Translations under genes and position numbers: made by a program
DNA from: Thermodesulfobacteriota bacterium
GTDB lineage: Bacteria > Desulfobacterota > SM23-61
Direction: 5' to 3'
DNA: 64,000 nucleotides
Assembly (NCBI GenBank): GCA_049699975.1
Contig: JBNAWB010000001.1
Span: forward strand, 24,534-88,533
The notes under the pieces: generated by a model
What the model was told of the DNA's origin: nothing
The model's input: only the letters and a program-made list of their open reading frames with translations
The model's database searches: none
Shown here: one piece after another, positions 28,195 through 35,684 of the stretch
How the letters are laid out: each line of letters opens with the position of its first letter
Numbering within the stretch: the stretch's first letter is position 1

Positions 28195-29382
28195 ATGAAA
28201 AAGGGCTTTTTCCAAATTTTATGTTTGTTCATGATTCTTGCAATTTTTTCCTCCCCTTCCTGGGGAGCGCGTTTGAAGGATATTGCTACTTTTAAAGGAA
28301 TTCGGAATAACCAATTAATCGGTTATGGGTTAGTAGTGGGCCTCAATGGCACGGGGGACAGTCCGAATGCCGAGTTTACCATCCGTTCGATCAGCAATAT
28401 GTTAGAAAGGATGGGCGTCCATATTCCCCAAGAGCGGCTCAGTCAAATCAGATTGAAAAATGTAGCCGCGGTAATAGTAACCGCATCTTTGCCTCCTTTT
28501 TCTAAAGTGGGAAATAAGATTGATGTGCATGTTTCTTCTCTGGCTGATGCTACTTCCTTAGCTGGGGGCACTCTTCTTTTAACCCCCCTCATTGGCCCTG
28601 ATAAACAGGTATATGCCTTAGCCCAAGGACCCATCGCCATAGGTGGCTTTGCTTTTTCTGGAGCTTCAGGCAGTGGTGTGCAGAAAAATCATCCCACAGT
28701 GGGTATCATTACCCGCGGGGCAGTGATTGAGAGAGAAGTACCCGTTTCTTTAAACGGGAAAAAGGAGCTTTTTCTTACGCTCTTCAATCCCGATTTTACT
28801 ACTGCCGAAAAAGTTAAAGAGGCGATCAATCATCTTTTAGGATTGAGCTATGCTTCTTGTGTTGATTCGGGAACTATTCAGATAGATGTACCTTATTCCT
28901 ATCAGCAACGAATTCCCCAATTGATCTCTTTATTGGAGCAGATTGAAGTAACTCCAGATACCGTAGCGAAAGTGATCATAAATGAAAGAACGGGCACCCT
29001 TGTTTTGGGAGAGAAAGTGCGCATTTCTACCGTGGCCGTGGCCCACGGAAATTTAAATATCCAAATAAAAGAGAAATTGCACGTCTCGCAACCCAATCCT
29101 TTTGCTCCCCCAGCTCCGCCGGGTACCCCAACTACGGTTGTTCCTCCTCGGGAAGGCACAGGTACTATTGTTACTCCGGGATCAGCTACAGTTGTTACGC
29201 CGGAATCAACCATAGGGGTGAAAGAAGAAAGAAAAGGATTAGTAGTTTTATCTGAAGGGGTAGATTTAGGAGAGTTAGTGAGAGCACTCAATGCATTAGG
29301 AGTAACTCCTCGGGATTTAATAACAATTTTGCAGAGTATTAAGGCCGCGGGAGCCTTGCAAGCAGAGCTGGAAATCCATTAG
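28195..29382 (+). CDS. flgI: Flagellar P-ring protein FlgI (with proline/threonine-rich tandem-repeat insertion near C-terminus)
   Basis: Signal peptide and FlgI core (RLKDIATFKGIRNNQLIGYGLVVGLNGTGD). An insertion of about 40 aa (PPAPPGTPTTVVPP...TIVTPGS ATVVTPES) lies within nt ~29095-29225. Confidence 0.9.
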   Translation: MKKGFFQILCLFMILAIFSSPSWGARLKDIATFKGIRNNQLIGYGLVVGLNGTGDSPNAEFTIRSISNMLERMGVHIPQERLSQIRLKNVAAVIVTASLPPFSKVGNKIDVHVSSLADATSLAGGTLLLTPLIGPDKQVYALAQGPIAIGGFAFSGASGSGVQKNHPTVGIITRGAVIEREVPVSLNGKKELFLTLFNPDFTTAEKVKEAINHLLGLSYASCVDSGTIQIDVPYSYQQRIPQLISLLEQIEVTPDTVAKVIINERTGTLVLGEKVRISTVAVAHGNLNIQIKEKLHVSQPNPFAPPAPPGTPTTVVPPREGTGTIVTPGSATVVTPESTIGVKEERKGLVVLSEGVDLGELVRALNALGVTPRDLITILQSIKAAGALQAELEIH

Positions 29383-29401
29383 AAATTTAAAGTTTAAGAA
29401 A

Positions 29402-29848
29402 ATGGAAAAAGGGCCGATACAAAATGTAAAAAATTTACCCAATCTCCTTTCCCCTATGGACAATTTTAATAAAGGGAAATTGGATGAAGAAAGAGCTAAA
29501 AAAGTTTGTCGAGAATTTGAATCCTTATTTTGGAAAGAAATCTTCAAATTGATGCGGAAAATGACCTGGGGAAAAGGATGGGGGAACAATAGCGAGTCAG
29601 GAAATGAAATATACCAAACCCTTTTAGAGCAAGAAGTGAGTAGAACCCTGGCTCAGAAAAAAGGATTAGGGATAGGAGAGCTAATTTATAAACAGATTAC
29701 CAATCAGCAAAAAAATAAAAGTAACCTTTCACTCTCCCCTCTTCCCAGCGGGGAGAGCCCCTTACCTTCTCCGCTCCTTAGTGGGGAGAGCCCCTCACCT
29801 TCTCCTCTCCCCATTGGGGAGAGGCAAGGTGAGGGGGAATTAAAATGA
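29402..29848 (+). CDS. flgJ: Flagellar rod-binding protein (FlgJ N-terminal domain only; no muramidase domain), with repeat-encoded C-terminal tail
   Basis: Rod-binding motif FESLFWKEIFKLMRK...GNEIYQTLLEQEVSRTLAQKKGLGIGELIY. The C-terminal 40 aa (SPLPSGESPLPSP... x3) are encoded by tandem hairpin repeats at 29732-29842. Confidence 0.75.
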   Translation: MEKGPIQNVKNLPNLLSPMDNFNKGKLDEERAKKVCREFESLFWKEIFKLMRKMTWGKGWGNNSESGNEIYQTLLEQEVSRTLAQKKGLGIGELIYKQITNQQKNKSNLSLSPLPSGESPLPSPLLSGESPSPSPLPIGERQGEGELK

Positions 29849-29897
29849 ACACTTGCTTGAGGCTTTGCCTAAAGAAATTAGGCGCGGAGAATAGGCA

Positions 29898-30386
29898 ATG
29901 GAAGAATCTACCGGGCAATTTAAGGATTTAGAAGAGTTAATGGTTGAAGAAATCCGTCAATATAACTTATTAATTGAAAAGATCAAAGAAGAAGGGCAAT
30001 ATTTGCGACAAAATTCTGTGGAACTTCTGCTTAAATCTATTAGCCAAATTGATAAACAAAGAGAAATTTTAGTGAAAATAAATGAAACCCTGAGGAAAGA
30101 ATTGAAAAGGGCAGCTAATTCATCTGAACTTAAAGAAGAAATTTTGGCTCACGCTCTGCCACTCCCAATTTACCATAAATGGCAGAGGCACCAAAAAGAA
30201 GTGGCCCACTTAAAGGAAAGAGTCCATAAATTAAATTTACAGAATAAGGCATTCATCCAAGAAATTCTTGCTTACTGGAGAGAATTAATGGATTTGATCG
30301 CTTCTTCCGGTAGTAACCTTTCATACCATTGGGTTAAGGGTAATAATCCAAAAACAAATCCATTCTTCTTAAATCAGCGAGTGTAA
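29898..30386 (+). CDS. flgN: Probable FlgN-family export chaperone for FlgK/FlgL
   Basis: About 160 aa, helical and charged, immediately upstream of flgK. Confidence 0.5.
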   Translation: MEESTGQFKDLEELMVEEIRQYNLLIEKIKEEGQYLRQNSVELLLKSISQIDKQREILVKINETLRKELKRAANSSELKEEILAHALPLPIYHKWQRHQKEVAHLKERVHKLNLQNKAFIQEILAYWRELMDLIASSGSNLSYHWVKGNNPKTNPFFLNQRV

Positions 30387-30388
30387 GA

Positions 30389-31840
30389 ATGTCTGGAGTT
30401 AGCGGAGTATTCAATATAGCTAAAGGTGCTTTGCAGGCTCAATTGGTCGCTATGCAAGTGGCCAGTCATAACTTAGCCAATGTAAATACCCCTGGGTATA
30501 CGCGCCAAATAGCCTTATTAGAAACCCAACCCTCAGCTTCCACAGGCCGGTTGAATTTAGGCCTGGGAGTGACCGTGCAATCTATAACCCAAGCAGTAGA
30601 TATTTATACTACGCAGACTATCCATAAAAACATTGCTGACCTTTCCGAGAGTGATACCAAAGCTTCTATATTGAATTATATTGAGAGTCTTTTTAATGAT
30701 ACTTCGGGCACGGGTCTTGCTCAGGCGTTGAGTGAGTTTTGGAATGCCTGGCATGACTTGGCTAATAATCCGAGCGGGATTGGCGAGCGCACTTCCCTTT
30801 TGGGAAAAGCCGAAAACCTTTGTAGCTTTTTCCATTCCTTAAGAAACAATTTAAGCCAAATTATGGAGCAAGCAAATGCCAGTATTGCTATCGCCCTCCA
30901 GGAAGTGAATGTGATCACCTCCCAAATTGCCAAATTAAATGGGAAAATTTTGGAAGCCGAATCTGCCGGAGCTGTGGCCAATGATTTACGTGACCAAAGG
31001 AATATTTTGTTAGAAAAATTATCAGACTACTTAGGCAATGTATATTTGGAAGATGAAAATGGGGGCTTGAAAATTTGGGTGGGTCAGGGCATAAGATTGG
31101 TTGACGGCCTTGAGTATTGGGAATTAGAAAGCAATGACGGAAAAATATTTTGGAATGATATTCCCGTAGATATTAGTAAAAGGTTGATCGGTGGCAAGAT
31201 CGGAGGTTGGTTAGATATTCGAGATGAAATAGTTCCTCAGTATATGGCCAACCTTGATGAATTAGCCGGCACGCTCATCGCCCAGGTGAATACGCTGCAT
31301 TTTACAGGCTACACCCTGGAGGGAGAAACAGGAAAATATTTTTTCAAAGATTTCCAAACTGCTCCGGAGTTGCCCAATTCCTCGGATTATACCAATGCGG
31401 CAGCTTATATACAATTGAGTACGGATGTCCTTGGTAATCCGCGGAATATCGCCGCCGGAGGAAGCACAGGTGATCCAGGAGATAATGAAAATGCTTTAAA
31501 AATATTAAATATCCAGAATGATGATACTAACTCCATTACCAAATGGGTTTATAACCAACGGGGAGATTCCCGCACGAGCATTTCCCTGAACGTTACTTTA
31601 GATCATTATTACCATAACCTCACCGGCGAAATAGGGCTTTTGACTGAGCAAATGCAACAAAAGCAGGAATTTATGCAGACATTTTTAGATCAATTAAGAA
31701 CAGTGCGTGATTCAGTCTCCGGGGTAAACGTAGATGAAGAATTGGTGGAAGTAATGAAAATTCAGCGGGGTTTTGAAGCGGCCTCAAAATTAATAGCAGT
31801 TGCCGATCAAATGTTGCAAAGTTTATTGGAGATCAGATAA
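30389..31840 (+). CDS. flgK: Flagellar hook-associated protein 1 FlgK
   Basis: Rod-family N- and C-termini (ALQAQLVAMQVASHNLANVNTPGYTRQ) and HAP1 size. Confidence 0.9.
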   Translation: MSGVSGVFNIAKGALQAQLVAMQVASHNLANVNTPGYTRQIALLETQPSASTGRLNLGLGVTVQSITQAVDIYTTQTIHKNIADLSESDTKASILNYIESLFNDTSGTGLAQALSEFWNAWHDLANNPSGIGERTSLLGKAENLCSFFHSLRNNLSQIMEQANASIAIALQEVNVITSQIAKLNGKILEAESAGAVANDLRDQRNILLEKLSDYLGNVYLEDENGGLKIWVGQGIRLVDGLEYWELESNDGKIFWNDIPVDISKRLIGGKIGGWLDIRDEIVPQYMANLDELAGTLIAQVNTLHFTGYTLEGETGKYFFKDFQTAPELPNSSDYTNAAAYIQLSTDVLGNPRNIAAGGSTGDPGDNENALKILNIQNDDTNSITKWVYNQRGDSRTSISLNVTLDHYYHNLTGEIGLLTEQMQQKQEFMQTFLDQLRTVRDSVSGVNVDEELVEVMKIQRGFEAASKLIAVADQMLQSLLEIR

Positions 31841-31843
31841 AAA

Positions 31844-32725
31844 ATGCGCGTAGCTACCAGGACTATATACTATAACTTGGAAAAGAAACTCCTTTCCTTG
31901 GAAGAAAAACAGCAAAAGATAAATGAACAGATAGCTTCAGGAAAGATCCTCAATAAACCATCAGATAATCCGCTGGCCATGATCAATGTTCTCCACTTGA
32001 AGAAGGCATGGGCGCAGGTGCAACAATACCAGCGGAATATGGAAACGACCAAAACTTGGCTAAATTTAACAGAATCGGCGCTGCAGCAGACGGAAGAATT
32101 GATCGGCCGGGCTAAAGAAATTGCTACCCAAATGGCTAGTGATACCCAAAATGCCGCGACTAGAGCTTTGGCGGCTAAAGAAATAGATCAACTTATAGAT
32201 CAGGCAATTTCTTTGGCTAATAGCGAGTTAGGGGGAAAATATATTTTTGCAGGTTATAAGGTTAATACTGTTCCTTTTTCCAAGGTGAGCGGATCCGTTC
32301 AATATAACGGCGATACTAATACAATTCAAATTCCCATTGGCCAAGAGGAAACTTTGGCAATCAATAAAGATGGGCAGACCGCCTTTATGGAGGCTGATAT
32401 TTTTACTGTATTAGGGAGTCTCAAAACTGCGCTGGAAAATAATCAGACAGCAGAAATTCGGCAGCAGTTAGAAAATCTCCAAGAGGTCGCGGATCATTTC
32501 AATAATCAAATAGTTGATATTGGGTCCCGACTGAACCGCTTGGAAGCCAAACAAAATATTCTTAAAGACCTGGATCTTTTCTTTCAAGAGAGAATCTCAG
32601 AAGAAGAGGATGCGGATATTTCCGCTTTAGTTGTGGATTTAAAGGCGAAAGAATTGGCTTATCAGGCGGCCCTGCTCTCTTCAGCAAAAATCCATGAGTT
32701 AACTTTATTAAATTATTTGCGTTAA
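31844..32725 (+). CDS. flgL: Flagellar hook-associated protein 3 FlgL
   Basis: Flagellin-like N-terminus with the typical FlgL motifs, and appropriate size. Confidence 0.85.
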   Translation: MRVATRTIYYNLEKKLLSLEEKQQKINEQIASGKILNKPSDNPLAMINVLHLKKAWAQVQQYQRNMETTKTWLNLTESALQQTEELIGRAKEIATQMASDTQNAATRALAAKEIDQLIDQAISLANSELGGKYIFAGYKVNTVPFSKVSGSVQYNGDTNTIQIPIGQEETLAINKDGQTAFMEADIFTVLGSLKTALENNQTAEIRQQLENLQEVADHFNNQIVDIGSRLNRLEAKQNILKDLDLFFQERISEEEDADISALVVDLKAKELAYQAALLSSAKIHELTLLNYLR

Positions 32726-32728
32726 ATT

Positions 32729-32853
32729 ATTAATGAGCGCATTAAATAAATGACATATGCTGTTCTTAACCCCTTATCCTAACCCTCTCGCCAGGCATGG
32801 GGAGAGGGGAAGGTAAGGGGAATAAGTGTAAATATTTAATCGCTCCGAGTAAT
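32729..32853. mobile_element. MITE-like repeat, copy 1 (imperfect 21-bp terminal inverted repeats tattaatgagcgcattaaata / tatttaatcgctccgagtaata; internal ctctcgcc...ggggagagggg hairpin)
   Basis: Near-identical to 62075-62221 over both arms. Located between flgL and csrA. Confidence 0.7.
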
Positions 32854-32888
32854 AAATAGAGCAGTCATTTTTGCCAGGGAGGGTGAAA

Positions 32889-33110
32889 ATGCTGATTTTA
32901 ACTAGGAAGATAGGCGAATGCATCGTCATCGGGGACAAGATCAAGGTCTATGTAATAGATGTCCGCGGTAAGCAAGTGCGCTTAGGTATTGAGGCCCCGG
33001 TTGAAAATGTTATTTATCGGGAGGAGATTTTCCAGAAGGTCATAGAGGAAAACAAATTAGCCGCCGAGGCAGTTCAATACCACTTCTCGAAGATTAAAGA
33101 AAAGGAGTAA
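32889..33110 (+). CDS. csrA: Carbon storage regulator CsrA
   Basis: MLILTRKIGE.I.IGD.I.V.V..V.G.QVRLGIEAP...I.REEI, with a GGGAGGG Shine-Dalgarno. Confidence 0.9.
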   Translation: MLILTRKIGECIVIGDKIKVYVIDVRGKQVRLGIEAPVENVIYREEIFQKVIEENKLAAEAVQYHFSKIKEKE

Positions 33111-33118
33111 GAGATAAA

Positions 33119-33553
33119 TTGAGAGTCACCACTTCTCGTTTTGGAACGATAGACATTGAGGAAAAACAGGTTATTCGCATGCCGGAAGGCATGATTGGTT
33201 TTCCTGATTTTCGAAACTATGTTCTCTTAGAGCATAAAAAAGAATCTCCTTTTTGGTGGTGGCAGTGTCTAGATGCACCTTCTTTGGCTTTTGTCCTTAC
33301 AGATCCTTTGCTCTTCAAACCAGATTATGAAGTACAAATAAGTCCGGAAGATGAAGAAATATTGCAGGTTAAAGAGGCGGCAGGAAACTTGAAAACTTTA
33401 GTCGTCGTTAATATATCGCGAGACACTCCACCCATCATTACTGCTAATCTCCTTGGCCCATTGGTAATCAATGTGGCTAAGAGACTCGCCCGCCAAATTA
33501 TTCAATTCCAGAATTCTTATTCCCACCGTTTTCCCCTTCCCTTAAGGTTATAA
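33119..33553 (+). CDS. fliW: Flagellar assembly factor FliW (CsrA antagonist)
   Basis: FliW family (FGTIDIEE..VIRMPEGMIGFPD...YVLL). TTG start. Confidence 0.85.
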   Translation: MRVTTSRFGTIDIEEKQVIRMPEGMIGFPDFRNYVLLEHKKESPFWWWQCLDAPSLAFVLTDPLLFKPDYEVQISPEDEEILQVKEAAGNLKTLVVVNISRDTPPIITANLLGPLVINVAKRLARQIIQFQNSYSHRFPLPLRL

Positions 33554-33582
33554 GGGAGGTCAGGCAAGTCCGCAGGGCGTGG

Positions 33583-33648
33583 CCATCTCTTTAATTTCAA
33601 TGAGTTACGAGATCGCCGCGGTCTGCATGCTCCCTCGCGATGACCTTA
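33583..33648 (+). repeat. GC-rich structured intergenic repeat, family 2, copy A
   Basis: About 85% identical to the reverse complement of 50180-50250. Contains the palindromic core gctccctcgcga. Confidence 0.6.
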
Positions 33649-33745
33649 CTACACAGTCTCAATGAAGAGAGGATTAGAGTGAGGGGATAAATTATAAGTA
33701 AGGTAATTTGGGCATGGGGTCGAGTTGTATCAAAGAAGATGAAAA

Positions 33746-34060
33746 TTATTTCAAAATCTCGGCTAAAAATTCTTTAGCCAACTTTTCTGATAATGCCTGG
33801 ACATCAACTTGATATTTTCCCTCCGCAATCAATTCTTTCAATTTCGCAATTTTTGCGGATCTTTGTTCAGGTATGCTTTGGAGAAAAGAATAAATTTGTT
33901 GCAGCTCTTTAGATGCCTGAGAAAGTTCCACTTTGTCGCTTGCTTCCCCAGGAGATTTCTTAGCATCTAAGGCTACTTTTCTTTGTTCCGCCGAAGTAAG
34001 TTTTTCGGATTGGGTTATTACTCCGGTCGCTTGATCGGGTTTTACATTCGTCACTGTCAT
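33746..34060 (-). CDS. flgM: Anti-sigma-28 factor FlgM
   Basis: About 104 aa with the conserved FlgM C-terminus (RSAKIAKLKELIAEGKYQVDVQALSEKLAKEF). Confidence 0.8.
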   Translation of the reverse strand: MTVTNVKPDQATGVITQSEKLTSAEQRKVALDAKKSPGEASDKVELSQASKELQQIYSFLQSIPEQRSAKIAKLKELIAEGKYQVDVQALSEKLAKEFLAEILK

Positions 34061-34113
34061 GAAGATTTTCTCCTTTATGAGAAAAAAATTTAAAATTTTA
34101 TTTTTCTAATTAT

Positions 34114-34140
34114 TTTTCGGCAAATTTAAAAGAAACTTTA
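34114..34140 (-). promoter_or_regulatory. Sigma-28 (FliA)-type promoter for flgM: TAAA-N15-GCCGAAAA (read on - strand)
   Basis: The reverse complement of 34114-34140 reads TAAAgtttcttttaaatttGCCGAAAA. Confidence 0.55.
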
Positions 34141-34294
34141 ATTTTTCTAATCACCCCCCGCTTAGATAAATAAAAAATAAATTAACTCGGCAAATTTTGC
34201 AACCCTTTTTTGTTTGGTCAGGCCTTTTTTGCCTATTTAATCTTTCTATCAATTTTAACTATTAGAAAAAATTAGGGTTTTTAAATTCATCTTC

Positions 34295-34310
34295 TGGCAT
34301 ATCCTTTGCT
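34295..34310 (+). promoter_or_regulatory. Sigma-54 promoter: TGGCATatcctTTGCT
   Basis: Correct -24/-12 spacing, about 40 nt upstream of the first gene of the glycosylation island. Confidence 0.6.
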
Positions 34311-34351
34311 GAAATTAAAATATGGAATTTTTCTTGTAAGGAGGAATAAAA

Positions 34352-35071
34352 ATGGGCATTTTGGCAAATGTTACAGCGGCCATATTGGCTGGTGCTTGGG
34401 ATCCTTCCTTCCGTCGCTTCTTTCCTGATCAGCCTAAAGTTTTAACAGAAATTGGAGGTAGGCCTTTTCTTTCTTATATATTGGACCATTTACAATTATT
34501 TGGATTGAAAGAGATAGTCCTGTGTACTGGCTACCGCGGCGAGAAGATAGAAGAAGTATTTGGCAGTAGTTATAAAAGTATGCGCCTTTGGTACTCAAAA
34601 GAATTTTCTCCTCGCGGCACAGGAGGAGCGCTGAGGCTTGCCCTACCCTTCTTTAGATCAGCGCAAATTTTAGTTTTAAATGGTGATTCCTTTTGCGAGG
34701 CCAACTTGGAATCTTTTTGGCGCAGCCACATGGCCTGGGGCGCTGATGTGAGTATTGTATTAACCATGGCTCCGGAAAAATCAGGCTATGGGGTTGTAAT
34801 AACGGATGAAGACGGTTTTGTTTATAAATTTTCCGATAAGAAATTATTAGGTTCTTATGGCTGGGTAAATGCAGGCATTTACTTAATCAAACGTAATTTA
34901 ATTAGAAGTATTGCCCCTGGAAGACCAGTTTCCTTGGAAAGAGAAATGTTTCCTTCCTGGAGAGGACAAAAAATTTTCGGCCACCGCTTAGCCAGTAAAT
35001 TTTTTGAAATAAAAACTCCAGAAAACTATGGGCAAACTGATCTTATCTTTGCTTTTAGCAAGTCTCTATAA
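34352..35071 (+). CDS. Sugar-phosphate nucleotidyltransferase-like protein (divergent G-loop)
   Basis: NTP_transferase fold (AILAGAWD..FRRF...KVLTEIGGRPFLSYILD, GYRGEKIEE), but the canonical GGxGTRLxPLT signature is replaced by GAWDPSFRRF. Confidence 0.6.
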   Translation: MGILANVTAAILAGAWDPSFRRFFPDQPKVLTEIGGRPFLSYILDHLQLFGLKEIVLCTGYRGEKIEEVFGSSYKSMRLWYSKEFSPRGTGGALRLALPFFRSAQILVLNGDSFCEANLESFWRSHMAWGADVSIVLTMAPEKSGYGVVITDEDGFVYKFSDKKLLGSYGWVNAGIYLIKRNLIRSIAPGRPVSLEREMFPSWRGQKIFGHRLASKFFEIKTPENYGQTDLIFAFSKSL

Positions 35072-35147
35072 ATATGCTCTAATCAAAATTAAATTTTTTC
35101 CAAATTACAGCGCGAAAAAATATTTAAAAGATAAAAGGAATAAATAT

Positions 35148-35684
35148 ATGGATGTATTACAAAATAAAGAAGAATTGGAAAAATGGTATGAAAATCCGGA
35201 TCCTTGGGGGTATGAAAAAAATCCTGAAGATCTTAACAGAAAAGCCATACTGCTTTCAGCAATTCCCAAAAAGCCCTATAAAAAAGTTTTAGATATAGGG
35301 TGCGGAAATGGCTTTATTACTAATTCTCTTCCTGGAGAAAAAATTATCGGCATAGATATTTCTTCTCGGGCAATCGAGTATGCGAAGAGAACTTGTCCCC
35401 CTCATATTGAATTTTTTCCCTATTCAATTTTTGACCTTCCTTTTTTAGGTTGGGGAAAAGATTTTGATCTTATAGTCATAACTGGAGTCCTATATCCCCA
35501 GTATATAGGTAATAGTGAAAAGTTAATTTATACAATCATTGATGATCTTTTGATTTGTAGGGGGATATTAGTTTGTTGCCATATTGAAGAATGGTATTCA
35601 GCTCGATTCCCTTATATTACTTTGCATAGAGAATATTATTCTTATCGAGAGTATGTTCATATTCTGGAGGTATATTTAAAATGA
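35148..35684 (+). CDS. Class I SAM-dependent methyltransferase
   Basis: Motif I VLDIGCGNGFIT. ATG 35148 with an AAAAGGA Shine-Dalgarno; the longer frame from 35028 overlaps the upstream gene. Confidence 0.7.
   Translation: MDVLQNKEELEKWYENPDPWGYEKNPEDLNRKAILLSAIPKKPYKKVLDIGCGNGFITNSLPGEKIIGIDISSRAIEYAKRTCPPHIEFFPYSIFDLPFLGWGKDFDLIVITGVLYPQYIGNSEKLIYTIIDDLLICRGILVCCHIEEWYSARFPYITLHREYYSYREYVHILEVYLK

Noticed and set aside
35028-35147. Longer methyltransferase start at 35028
   Set aside because: It would overlap the 3' end of the upstream nucleotidyltransferase gene in another frame. ATG 35148 has a Shine-Dalgarno, and the extension is low-complexity.
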